From the NCBI RefSeq assembly GCF_018350175.1, contig NC_058382.1, positions 50,222,001-50,286,000 on the forward strand: 64,000 nucleotides of DNA, in the 5' to 3' direction. The DNA is from Felis catus. Its lineage: Eukaryota. The position numbers and the translations under genes were made by a program. Numbering within the stretch: the stretch's first letter is position 1; each line of letters opens with the position of its first letter. Positions 38,681 through 50,865 of the stretch are shown piece after piece. The notes beneath the pieces were generated by a model. It saw only the letters and a program-made list of their open reading frames with translations. It did no database searches and was not told the origin of the DNA.

Positions 38681-39760
38681 TTCCACTGGGGTGGATTGTT
38701 GTGGTGCTTGTAGGTATGTGTGCGCATGCATGGGAGTGGTGAAAATGGCATCACCCAGTTACCCAGTCTCTAGTATCAGAACTCTGTTCTCTCTGATCAG
38801 CAATCGCACACCCATCCTTTGTCTTCAGCTTCCGTCCACTCCCCGTTTCCACACTGTTTGTGAACCAAGCAGCTGGCAGCACCTCCCTCCTGAGTTTTGT
38901 CTCAGATGCAGCTGCCTTCCCCAGCCCCCCACTTCTGAGGGACTGCGGTTTTGACCCTCTCCGCCCCTCTGCAGAGGGTCTCACCAAGCAATGGCTGGGT
39001 GCCAGCCACACCCAAGAACGCTTGCAGGACTGTGCTGTTGCTGATGCCCAAAGATTGCGGCCAGGTGCCAGCCGGCCCCAGAAAAAGTTCACTAGACAGT
39101 GTAGCAGCAGTGCCTCAGGGATTATGGAAAATCACAACACACATCTGGCACCAGTCTTCACCCCCAGTGACCTTGATCCAGCAGCAGCAAATGTGGCCAT
39201 TCTCTGGGGTCTTCTGGGCCCAGGTGGTCTCAAAGCGTGTATCAAATGGCCTTCCAGTAGTGGGACCATTTCTGCCTCTGTGGCCTGAGAACCTCCTGGA
39301 CCCCATTCTGCTCCTGGGGATTTGCCCTTCCCACCAGAGCGCTGCCAGGTATTGAGCTGCAGAGTTTCAGACTCTGCACTCCCCCTGTTTACAGTCTTAA
39401 TGGAGTTTAAACCCTCTCCTTTCTTCCTTTTTAGTTCAATCCCTGCAGCCGTTTCCAATTTTCCACTTTCTCTCCAGCTGCTTTTGGGGAGGGGTGCTTT
39501 TCCCGTGTTCCAGGCCCTCCCCCCCACCCCCCCACTTCTCCATCCTGTCTCCTCATGCAAAAGAAGTTCCCTGCCCTCTGCAGCCATTCTCTTCCCAAGT
39601 TCACCTCTCCACCCCATGTACCTGCTGAATTCTGTGGTTCAGGCTGTCCAGATTGTTGTGTTAATCCTCAGATCAGTTATCTAGGTGTGCAGGCTGGTTT
39701 AATGTTGGTCTGGCTGTATTTCATGGACATGAGACACACAAAAAACTTCCATGCTGTTCT

Positions 39761-39779
39761 GCCATCTTGGCTCCTCCCC
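39761..39779 (-). promoter_or_regulatory. L1 5' terminus with YY1-type motif (CAAGATGGC)
   Basis: GCCATCTTGG just inside the 5' end, the usual position of the YY1 site in mammalian L1 promoters. Confidence 0.65.
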
Positions 39780-39985
39780 TAGACCATTCACATTTAAAGT
39801 GATGATTGATATAGTTGGATTAAAAAGTACCACATTTGTAACTGTTTTGTTGCCTTTCATTCCTTTGCTTTAATCTCCCCTCTTTTTCTGCCTGTCAGGC
39901 TTTAATTTTACCTGATTTTCCCCACTTAAATTTTTTATTATTTTAATTTCATTATATTCTGTTTTTTCAAAGTTGCCATAAATAT
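39780..39985 (-). mobile_element. Old L1M fragment (target of the full-length L1)
   Basis: TAGACCATTCACATTTAAAGTGATGATTGATATAGTTGGATTAA resembles antisense L1M ORF2 start. Confidence 0.6.
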
Positions 39986-39992
39986 GTGTTTT

Positions 39993-40197
39993 TAAGGTTT
40001 TTTATTGTTTATTTTTGAGAGAGATAGAGTATGAGGGAGGGAGGGGCAGAGAGAGAGGGAGATACAGAATTTTAAACAGGCTCCAAGCTCTGAGCTGTCA
40101 GCACAGAACCCAATGCAGGGGCTTGTACTCCAAATCTGTGAGATCATGACCTGAGCCAAAGTTGGATGCTTAACAGATTGAGCCACCCAGGCGCCCC
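39993..40197 (-). mobile_element. CanSINE
   Basis: SINE body ending CAGGCGCCCC; TSD weak. Confidence 0.92.
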
Positions 40198-40479
40198 TCT
40201 GTAGTTTTTCGACAGGAAATTTCAAGAATCTCAGTCTTAGAGAAGTAATTTCTATTTTAGTTTTCAGAATTTTAACTGGGAATTTAGAGTAATTGAGAAA
40301 ATGTGTATTTTCTAGATATCTCATAATAACATATTTCAGTAGTGAAAAGCTATTAGAAAAGCTGTTAGAATTTAAGCATTTGCTATTATGACATAGATTA
40401 TATTTTCAAAATACTATACTTTAAAATGAAAGAGCAGATTTTAAAATACTGTGAGTTCAAACATGTAAAGTGTGTGTAC

Positions 40480-40640
40480 TTTGGAAAAAACAATGATTAG
40501 AAGGATATAGAACAAAATGTTAGCAGTGGTTATCCGTGGATTGCAGGATTGTGCATTTTATGTGTAATTTTTACTTTCATTTATATACTTTTCTCTGATT
40601 TATTATTTTTTAAAAAGCAAAGTACATGTATATATTTTCT
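40480..40640 (+). mobile_element. L1ME-like 3' end remnant
   Basis: AAAATGTTAGCAGTGGTTATC..TTTTTACTTTC..TATACTTTTCT motif. Confidence 0.45.
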
Positions 40641-42657
40641 TGTAGTTACAACTTATTTCCATTTAGGAAAAAATCAGTTACAATTCACAAATTTAGCAAT
40701 TACCTTGTGTAGCAGTTTGCTTTCCTTTATAGGTTTTCATATATAATCCTAAACCCACTGTATTTATTGCCACTTTCTTGATAAAACCTATCCTGTTTTC
40801 AAAGAAACATTTTTTATTCTGGAGAAACATTTCTTTCTCTTAACATTTAATGTAGACAAACAGGTTTTGAAGTTTTCTACTTACTTACCCTGATGTTTGC
40901 CTTGTTAAAACCAGAATCAGTTTGGAATGATAATTCCTAGCCCTATTTTGAGTGGCGGCTGTGAGAATTGTTTGCCAAGTTTGTGGGTCTGAAATGTGTA
41001 CCTTACCAGTGATGTTATGTACCTTGCCAGCAGGAGGCATACATATTCTGGCCATAGTCCCTAAATTAAATATTACAAGAAGCCAAACAACTTTATTTCT
41101 ACTTCTATAGATGTGATGGGATGGATTGTTCTGAAAATTTAAAGTCCCAGAAAATCTTTTCCACATTAGGATGTAATATATTGGCATAGAAATGATATGA
41201 TCCATTAAATGAAGACTTTTATATCTTACTGGGATCCTGAAAATAATCCAGGAAAATGAGTGTGTTTGACCAGCATGAGAATTCAGCTGTGAAGATATAA
41301 CGTATCCAGGGTCTCATGGCAACTATTGGCATTTAACACATGGTTATTGAATAGCTACTATGTGCCAGGCACTATGCTAAATATTAGGAGTCTTTATTGT
41401 TTCTGTTTAGTTTTAAATTATTCCTCGTGTCTTCATAGTTTTGACCTTAGGAGGTTTTTATTCTGCTGTAAATGATTTCTTTATTCTCTGAAAACCTGTT
41501 ATTGAATGTTAACATACAGTAATGATTCACATTTTATTTGTCTGATATGTTGTTCTTCATTATATACTATTTTCTCATATTTTCCTCTATGTAAAGTGTC
41601 TCTCATTTGAAACATATTTTATTTTCAACTACATAAAAATTAAAAGAATCTCACTGAAGCAAACACAATGGAAAAATATAAAGATTTCTCACATGTGCAC
41701 ATACACATACCTTGCATGCACAATTGTATGCACAATTGTGTGTACCTTGTATGCACAATTTGCATACAAATACAGGTATGTGCTCACTTCCAAGGGTAGT
41801 CTCTACTGCTGTCAACCTTGGCGTGCACACTTCCTGATACTGTTTTCTGTGCATTTAGAGTTGTACACAGATAAACAAATAACAATAGTTATTTTACACA
41901 ACTGTTTCATAATGTTAACATTTTACCACACAATTTGCTTTTCTTAAGTTAAATTTCTACTTTAAAATTTTTCTGTCAGACACATGAGCCTGTTTTTCTT
42001 AGTGACTTCATAATATTTCACAGGGTAATTCATAGAATAATAATGATCACTGTGTTCAGAATATCTGCTATGAATCTCCTTACCCACTTTGTACAGTGTG
42101 TGAATTTTTGTATAAATAAATAGAAATGGATCACAAGGCCATATAGGCTAACTTTTCAGTACTGGTTTTTCAGTTACTGCTAAATGGCCCTTAAAGTGGT
42201 ACTGCAGATTATGTCTTCTTATTCCTTAATCCACACCACGTATTCTCACCTTGACTGACCTACAACTTCTGTAAGAAGATTATAGGACCAAATACCCGCA
42301 CGTAATTTAACTTTGCTGGTTGGGATGTTTGTGTGGAAAGACTGGAGTTAGTTCTTGATATAGAATGGAACCACAGGGGCAAAAACCCAATTGTAAGAAA
42401 TGCTGCAATGCCATTAAAACATTTAACATATGTGGCATGTCTGTAGAATGGTTTTTAAGAGAGGGAGGGGAAGGTGGTAGTGGACTAGAAAAACAACATT
42501 GGCAGAAGTTATAGACCAGAGTAGCTTTATCTTTATTCTAAACTGAATTTTTTTTTGGATGGCTAAGTATTAGAAGAAGGAACCAGAGATTCCTATATAT
42601 ATACATACATTGGAGTATAGTATTGTCTGAACTCACCTCTGTAAAAACTGCTGGTGA

Positions 42658-42879
42658 GGGGCACCTGGGTGGCTCAGTCGGTTAAGCGGCCGACTTCGGC
42701 TCAGGTCATGATCTTGCGGTCCGTGAGTTCGAGCCCCGCGTCGGGCTCTGGGCTGATGGCTCAGAGCCTGCAGCCTGCTTCTGATTCTGTGTCTCCCTCT
42801 CTCTCTGCCCCTCCCCCGTTCATGCTCTGTCTCTCTCTGTCTCAAAAATAAATAAAACGTTAAAAAAAAATTAAAAAAA
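42658..42879 (+). mobile_element. Young CanSINE
   Basis: TSD AAAAACTGCTGGTGAG at 42643 and 42880. Confidence 0.96.
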
Positions 42880-44054
42880 AAAAACTGCTGGTGAGTAACC
42901 TGTCTGCTAAAATTCCTTGGATATTTTCATACTCAACCGGTAAGCTTATTTTTATCAAGTAAGACTTTTGTAGATGCTTTTTTCAAAGCTGCAATCACAT
43001 ATGATTAGCAACACTTGCTTTAGTGTCATTTTTGAACTCAAAAACAAAGTAATTTTCTTCTTAATTTGTTTCTGGAGTTGGGAGAAATGCACACGCACAC
43101 ACTCCACTATTCCAGATTTCTAACTACTTAGAGCAGGTTCAGCTTTATGGGTAAGAACTGAATTTTTATTTTTCTCTCTTCATATTGTCCTCACAGTTCC
43201 TGCCGAGTGAAAGTTCACATGCAGATGTACCAAAATCATCCTACAAACCTGTCATTTCACCCGTATTGTTTTCATAAATTTGCTACCTCCCTTGGTGCAA
43301 ACATATGATTTTCTTCTTCAGTTCACCTGAAAATTGCTTCTTCAAGCCTTCATTTGGAACGGTTTGGATTTGGGTGTTGTCAGCAGTGTAGGGATATATT
43401 TGAATATAAGCCATACTCCCTAGATCTAGGGCGATGTCATCAATCACATGTGTGTCAGGGACTCTTTTTGTGGCCTCACAAATCTTTGGCTCCAGAATGA
43501 GCTAAGCCCCTCACTTATGAGCAGGGTCCACTGCTGCACTTGATGGAGTCTTTCTATCAATTTCTAGATGACTGGAGCATGGTTTTTTTCCCAGATGAAG
43601 TTTGTACGTGTGAATGTGTTCATTGAATGTAAAGCTTTTTTTCTACAAGTTTTAAAATACTCCAGCTGAAGAGAGTTTTATTTAACAGAGCCACTTTTAG
43701 AGGCAACTAAAGTTCAAGTACAAGTAGACTAAAGAATTTATATTCCTCCCTGAATTTGGCATTTGAAAACACTAAAGGAATGTTCCAAATATGGGCAGTT
43801 GTTCTAGATTGAATAGATCTGTCCTAAGCAGAGAATATGAGGGGAAATCACATTATCCAATGTAATCACTTTTTAAATTCAGAAGGGAACCATAATCTAC
43901 ACTGAAAAAATTAGAAAATATAAAAAAGGAAAAAATTCCAATAAAATTAGCAAAGAACATACCTATATGTGTTAGATTATTTCCTTCTAACGTCATTTGT
44001 ATCTATATGTTTGTCTATTTAAGATTCTATTTGCATATTATATCATAACTAACT

Positions 44055-44225
44055 CATAACTAATATTTATCAAGCACTCAGGTAATGTACACATTCCTGT
44101 TATTTTCTCATTCTAGTTCTAGTGAAAAATCGAGTGTATATGTATTATTACTTTCATTTAATAGTTGTGAAGTCTAAAGCTTAGAGTAGCAAATTTTCCA
44201 GGGTACAAATTTAGTAAGTTTGGCT
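44055..44225 (-). mobile_element. Decayed MIR
   Basis: TAACTAATATTTATCAAGCACT..TATTATTACTTTCATTT..AGCTTAGAG..TCCAGGGT..TAGTAAGT follows the antisense MIR layout. Confidence 0.5.
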
Positions 44226-44545
44226 CTTTGCCTGTGCACAACTGTGTGGCATTGTCTTCGCTTTGCAGTTAACATAATCATATTGTATTCATTGCCCATG
44301 GTGCTTTGTAGTCTGTATAACAGTAATTCCTAATGACGAAACCGTGTCCATTAAGTGGAGGTGCTGTAAAAATGGAATTATTCTAGAGTTGAAAGTTGTA
44401 GGTACATTTTAAAAATTCAGCAGAGTATTTTGTTAAATGTATGTTGCAGTAATCTTTTTCATATTATGCATTATTTTCTTAGAATATAGGTCCGTGATAA
44501 AAATTTATACCAAAAACAGAAAAGTTGATGTTTCCAATACTCGTA

Positions 44546-44750
44546 TTTAAAAATTTTTTTGAATGTTTACTTATTTTTGATAGAGAGAGAGAGTGTGAGT
44601 AGGAGAGGGGCAGAAAGAGAGGGAGACAGAATCTGAAGCAGGCTCGGGGCTCTGAGCTCTCAGTACAGAGCCCGACATGAACCCACAAGCCATGAGATCA
44701 TGACCTGAGTTGAGGTTGGACGCTTAACCAACTGAGCCACCCAGGTGCCC
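44546..44750 (-). mobile_element. CanSINE
   Basis: SINE body; degenerate TSD TTTCCAATACTC/TTTCAGTACTC. Confidence 0.92.
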
Positions 44751-45027
44751 TGTCATTTTCAGTACTCCTGATTGTGTAATTACCAGATAGTTTTCCAAAA
44801 AAGTTTATATTGATTTCAAGATTTACCAGTAATTCCAGCATCTTTAATTTTAGCTTTCATGAAATCTTTGAAAGAGAATTTGACTGAAATAATAATCCAG
44901 ATAGTTTAATGATGATTAAAATAATGAGTTAAAGCTTTTTATCCCCTCTCCCAAGTATCCACTTCATGGAGTATTGAATGTTCCAGCTTCTTGTACTTGC
45001 TTCTAAGATATTTTCTGTGGTCCAAGT

Positions 45028-45826
45028 TTCTTTTTCTTTTCTTTTCTTTTCTTTTCTTTTCTTTTCTTTTCTTTTCTTTTCTTTTCTTTTCCTCTCCTCT
45101 CCTCTCCTCTCCTCTCCTCTCCTCTCCTCTCCTCTCCTCTCCTCTCCTCTCCTCTCCTCTCCTCTCCTCTCCTCTCCTCTCCTCTCCTCTCCTCTCCTCT
45201 CCTCTCCTCTCCTCTCCTCTCCTCTCCTCTCCTCTCCTCTCCTCTCCTCTCCTCTCCTCTCCTCTCCTCTCCTCTCCTCTCCTCTCCTCTCCTCTCCTCT
45301 CCTCTCCTCTCCTCTCCTCTCCTCTCCTCTCCTCTCCTCTCCTCTCCTCTCCTCTCCTCTCCTCTCCTCTCCTCTCCTCTCCTCTCCTCTCCTCTCCTCT
45401 CCTCTCCTCTCCTCTCCTCTCCTCTCCTCTCCTCTCCTCTCCTCTCCTCTCCTCTCCTCTCCTCTCCTCTCCTCTCCTCTCCTCTCCTCTCCTCTCCTCT
45501 CCTCTCCTCTCCTCTCCTCTCCTCTCCTCTCCTCTCCTCTCCTCTCCTCTCCTCTCCTCTCCTCTCCTCTCCTCTCCTCTCCTCTCCTCTCCTCTCCTCT
45601 CCTCTCCTCTCCTCTCCTCTCCTCTCCTCTCCTCTCCTCTCCTCTCCTCTCCTCTCCTCTCCTCTCCTCTCCTCTCCTCTCCTCTCCTCTCCTCTCCTCT
45701 CCTCTCCTCTCCTCTCCTCTCCTCTCCTCTCCTCTCCTCTCCTCTCCTCTCCTCTCCTCTCCTCTCCTCTCCTCTCCTCTCCTCTCCTCTCCTCTCCTCT
45801 CCTCTCCTCTCCTCTCCTCTCCTCTT
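45028..45826. repeat. (TTTTC)n followed by uninterrupted (CCTCT)n, about 147 units (45091-45825)
   Basis: Read directly. Confidence 0.98.
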
Positions 45827-45899
45827 CTAAAATAGTGTGACATGCATTTTTTAATCTAATTAGTTGCCTAAAAAATGGAGGTCACATTACTTCGTAGAT

Positions 45900-46768
45900 G
45901 ATACAGATACATCAGATAACCTCAGAGAAGGCTCTTTTTCCTTGTTTTTGCCACTTTCTTGGGTGGTAAATTGCTCTTTGGTTGTTACTTGTGCTTGTCT
46001 GCTTATTTTGAGATGCAAGGGGTGGGGGTCTCTGTGTTCCTGGCACAGCCTGGAGTCCTGAGTCTCTGGTTCTTGGGTTGGATTCTCTCAGTGATCCTGC
46101 CACTGCTCTGTGTATTAGGAAACATTTAATGGATTGAGTCCAGGTTTCCTGCCCCTTCCCTGAGGGGATGAAGCCTTTTTCCTTTTCTCTTTCTCCACTT
46201 GTCCCAGTCACGGTGGATCTTTTACTCTGTCTTCTTAGGCATAGGGTTTGCTGCCTTTTTGTTGGTGGCTTACACCCTCCATTATTTAGTGGAGAAGACA
46301 CCAGCTGGTACTTTGTGTTTTTCTCCAGGGGCTGCCACTCCGTGTGTTCTGGCCTGCAGCACCACAAGAGGCTTTCCCCAGGCTTCCCCCCACTCCCGCT
46401 CTTGGCCATATAGATTTCTTATGCACCCTCTGAGTCCATGGAGAAGAGTCTCTAGTGGGTGCAAGAGTCTGCGACTTTTAGGGTTTCTATTCTCTCCCGC
46501 TAGCTCACACTGGTGAGCCCTGTTCACTAAAAACATAGCTGAATTCCTCGTATCATCTTGTATGAAGATCTCATCGTCCTCCTGGTGCAGCTATTATGAC
46601 TGTGCTCATGCCCTGTCTTTCCTTTGATAACAGTTGGTTCTATTTCCTCACCTTTTAATGTGTCCAAGAACCATTATAATTTTGTAAATTATCCTGCTTT
46701 TTCTTGTCATTAGGGTGGGAATGACACTCTAACCAGGTTTATACATCTTAGACAGAAACCTGAAGTCT
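45900..46768 (-). mobile_element. Probable 5' end of an old L1M (L1MC/MD-like)
   Basis: Ends in TTAGGGTGGGAATGACACT..TACATCTTAGACAGAAACCTGAAGTC, resembling antisense L1M 5' termini; GC-richer interior. Confidence 0.5.
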
Positions 46769-47559
46769 GCTTCCATTTATGAAAAACATTTTATAAGTTA
46801 CAGGATTTGTTGTTTGTAGGTAGTTGTTGTTTTGTTGTGTGTCAGAACTTTAAGGATGTTCTAGCTTTTCTTTGCCTTCAGTTGCTCCTGATGAGAAGTC
46901 ACTGGTGTTTAAATCGGTGTTTCCTGCATGTAAGATACCTTTTGTTTTTGCTTGTTCCCTCACCCCCCCCCAACTGCTTTCAATATTTTCTCTGCAATTT
47001 TTGAGTGTTTTCCTATGATGTTTTGAGAACTGTGCTCTTCCCTTTTTCCAACTGTGTTCTTCTTCTTCTCTAGAATCTTCTTCATGATACTGTTTTTTGT
47101 TTTAAATTTATTTTTCAGTAGTTTCTCCAGAATTGATCAATGTTACCTGTAGGATAATTAGTTAGGAAGGACTGTTAAAACCATATCAGAAGTGGATTGC
47201 AAACAATTTGCTTTTACTTCAACCTTCATTCTGTGACCGTGGTTGTCCATATACATGGCAAGTCTGATGTGATATAACCTTACTTTTCTGCTTAGCCTGG
47301 CCATCCTCTGTGCCCCCAGATGTTAGTTCATCAGGTCCTGCAAAACTGTTGAGCTGGTGGCCGCTGCAATACCACTGGGACGTTGTCAACTTTGGTGACT
47401 CTAGCAGTCTGCAGATATGACCCCCATTACTGGTTAATTTTAGAAGCTCCTCGGGTGATCCTAAAACCTGATCAATTTTAAAAACCACTTAAACAAGTTC
47501 TTATTCTACAGTTTTCATGACAAATTGAGTTTTAAAGGTTGTAGAGGACTTAGAATTGT

Positions 47560-48170
47560 GGAAGAGTGGAAAAAATTATTCTTGACAGCGGCAGTAGTAC
47601 AATCAAAGAAACAGCCAGAAAAGTGAGGTGAATGTAATTACTGCTGCATTGCTGGAATAGAGCATGCGAACTGCAGATTAGTTTGGGGCCGGGTTTTGGA
47701 TGGCCTTGGAAGTCAAGCTAAGGATACTAGGGTTCATTCTCTAGATAATAGCAACTCAATTAAGGTTTTTTGAAATGAAGAATAACATGATTAGTGCAGC
47801 CCACAAAAAAGAGAGTAATCTACTAGCTTGAATAGCCCTGACTGACATCAAGAGACTAGAAGTGAAAAGACTATTTGCAGTATTCTAGGAGAGAGTAATT
47901 GTGGGCTTGAAGGAGAGGTTGGTCACTGGAATGTAAAGGTTGTGATAGATGTGAAAGCTAATAAGGCAAAGGAATCAATAGAGGAGAGGGCAGTGTCAAG
48001 GGTAGCACTGAGGTTTTAAATGCAAATGATTAGGAGACCAGGCTGTCATTTATAGTAACTGGGAACAGAGAAGCATAAGCAGCTTTGGGGAAAAGATAAA
48101 ACATTTAATTGGGGTTAAAATTATTTGAGGGGTTGGTGGTACTTCCAGTTGGTGATACATCAAACTAGTT
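47560..48170 (-). mobile_element. LINE-2 fragment
   Basis: Purine-rich GGCCTTGGAAGTCAAGCTAAGGA..AAGGTTTT..AGACTATTTGCAG..GTCAAGG..TGAGGTTTT pattern typical of antisense L2. Confidence 0.7.
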
Positions 48171-49925
48171 CAAGTTCATTAATGCAAATGCACAGTTCAT
48201 CAGGCATGCAAACTTTCTATTTGTAATAGTAAAATTCTATAATTGAGATTTTTCTCACTTTTATCCAGAATACCCTGTGGATATACTGAATTAATATTCC
48301 AACTTATTCACTTTGCATTTAATATGTAATGTTTGATTTCTAATAGGAATTTGATTTTTCAAAGAGTTCTCAAAACTTTGAATCATTTAAAGAATGAATC
48401 AAGAAATTAGATTTACTTACTGTAGTACAAATTCTTAAGACTAATTATCCTCTGTTTTCTTTTGTGATTAATTTTGACATTATGTTTACTTTTTGTGTTA
48501 ATTCCATTTTTAATCTGTATTTGAATTTAGTTTTTATCAAATTATAATGCATATACAGAATAACACAGTAAAAATGGACCTTGAAGAATTTTCACGAATG
48601 TCCTTCTGTGTGACCCCTTCATTTTATTAGCCATCTTCTGCAAAGAAGCCACTTCTTTCACTGTAGGTTAGTTTTGCCTGAATGGAATCATACAGTATGT
48701 ACTATTTTGTGTGTGGTTTCTTTTAGTCAAAGTTGCATGTGCGCTGTTGTTCCATCCTGTTGCATGAGAAATACGGTATTTATTTTTATGAATTCCACTA
48801 ATCTTTATTGACATTTGCCTTGTTTCTGGTTTGCTGCTATTCACATAATGTTATTATAATGTAGTTATGCAAATCGTTCAGTCAGTATATGTATGCAATT
48901 TTATTAGGTTTGTATTTTGATTTGTGATTGTTAGTGGGGGATTGATGTCTGTCTTTTGTAGAAAGCCCCAGTTTTCCACAGTGGAAATAATGAGAGTTCC
49001 AGGTTCTCCTCATCTTAGCAGTGCTCAATGTTTTCAGACTTTTACATTACAGTCATATTAATATATATGCACATGTAGATTGTTGTGGAGTTAGTTTACA
49101 TTTTTCTGGTGATTAAGGAGACTGAATGCTTTTTCGTGTTTATTGATCATGACATATCCTCTTTTGAGAAGTTGCAAAAGACTCTTGGCCATTTGTCTTG
49201 GTTGTCTTCTACATCTTGATTGTTATAAATTTTTCCTGTATTCTGAATATGGGCCTCTTGTTTATGAAATACTTTGTGAATATATGCTTCTACTCTGGCA
49301 TACATCTTTACTCTCTTAATAGTCTCTTCTGATGAGGATCCCTTCTTTATTTTAATTTGATTTATCAATATTTTTATTTATAATTACCCCATAAGAAAAC
49401 TTGCCTATTTCTCCTATCTTAAGTTCCAAAGATTTTTTTATTATATATCTTAAAAATTTTTATTCCCTTTATTCTTCTATACTTTTATTTGTATGATGTG
49501 AGGTAGGTTGTCCAGTTTAATGGTCATCCATATACATTGACCAAGTGCATATCCTAATACAATGACCAAACTAATTCATCAAAAAGTCTATTCTGTTGCA
49601 ACCAAACATTTGTCACTCATCAAGTCTCTTCTTAAATGTAATCTGAATCTTGTTCCATTTCGTACATCTGTCTGCCATTGCTTGACTCAATACAGCATTC
49701 TCTTACATATTCTTTTTCTACAACAAATTTTGATACCTTGTTATGTAAGTCCTCCAGTTTTTTTGGGGGGGGGGCTTTTTAAAGAAAAGATAGATTTGGC
49801 TCTTCTTGTCCACTTACATTTCCATACAAATTTTAGAAAAAGTCTGCAAGTTTAAAAAACAAATGTGGGTATTTTGATTGAGAGTGCACAAAATCTACAT
49901 ATCGATTTAAGAAAACACAAATTTT

Positions 49926-50098
49926 GGGGTGCGTGGGTGGCTTAGTCGGTTGAATGACCAACTTCATCTTGGCTCAAGATCTCATGGTTCATGGGTTCGA
50001 GCCCTGTGTCAGGCTCTGTGCTGACAGCTCAGAGCCTGCAGACTGCTCTGGATTTTGTGTCTCCCTCTCTCTCTGCCCCTCTCCCACTCATGCTGTGT

Positions 50099-50141
<43 letters not shown>

Positions 50142-50163
50142 AAAAATGTTAAAGAAAAAAATA
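49926..50163 (+). mobile_element. CanSINE with (TG)n expansion
   Basis: SINE head GGGGTGCGTGGGTGGCT; (TG)n 50094-50140. Confidence 0.92.
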
Positions 50164-50255
50164 AATCTTTACAATATTAATCCTTTTGCTCATGAATAAG
50201 TCATAGCCCTCATTACCTTACATCTTTATTTTCTTTTGATAATTTTGTATAATTC

Positions 50256-50472
50256 CTTTTCTTTTAAGTTTAAAATTTTTAATGTTTATTTATACTTGAG
50301 AGAGAGAGCATGAGCAGGGGAGGAGCAGAGGGAGATGGAGTCAGAATCCAAAGGAGGCTCCAGGCTCCGAGCTGTCAGCACAGAGCTCGATGCGGGGCGT
50401 GGATTCATGAACCATGAGATCATGACTTGAGCTGCAGTCAGATGCTTAACCTACTGAGCCACCCAGGTGCCC
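50256..50472 (-). mobile_element. CanSINE
   Basis: TSD TAATTTTGTATAATTC. Confidence 0.94.
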
Positions 50473-50621
50473 TGTTAATTTTGTATAATTCTTAATTACA
50501 TTTATGCCTGATATTTGATGCTTTTGATGCTATTGTAAATTGTATTATGAAAAATATTCTAATTATTGCCTTTAAATGGAAACAAAAGTGATTTTATATT
50601 AACCTTTTAACCCATAAGATT

Positions 50622-50865
50622 TTTTTTTTTTTTTTTTTTTATTTTTTAGTTTTTTTTTTTTTCAACGTTTATTTATTTTTGGGACAGAGAGAGGCAGAGC
50701 ATGAACGGGGGAGGGGCAGAGAGAGAAGGAGACACAGAATCGGAAACAGGCTCCAGGCTCTGAGCCATCAGCCCAGAGCCCGACGCGGGGCTCGAACTCA
50801 CGGACCGCGAGATCATGACCTGGCTGAAGTCGGACGCTTAACCGACTGCGCCACCCAGGCGCCCC
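50622..50865 (-). mobile_element. Young CanSINE (SINEC_Fc-type)
   Basis: TSD AACCCATAAGATT at 50609 and 50866; long T tail. Confidence 0.96.

Larger units (their letters stand above)
32715..39779 (-). mobile_element. Full-length felid-type LINE-1, ORFs disrupted
   Basis: 5' end GGGGAGGAGCCAAGATGGC; ORF1 and ORF2 fragments in the ORF track; perfect 16-bp TSD TAGACCATTCACATTT at 32699-32714 and 39780-39795. Confidence 0.96.

Noticed and set aside
38622..39782. Cluster of 110-161 aa ORFs on both strands
   Set aside because: GC-rich L1 5'UTR has few stops; no recognisable protein
43173..43310. Good plus-strand splice acceptor (..TCCTCACAG)
   Set aside because: No convincing donor and all frames close quickly without a recognisable peptide
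44929..45843. ORFs of 279-304 aa (SSPLL/RRGEE repeats)
   Set aside because: Translation of (CCTCT)n
45912..46536. Overlapping 81-165 aa ORFs
   Set aside because: Lie in a GC-richer probable old L1 5' region; no protein similarity recognised
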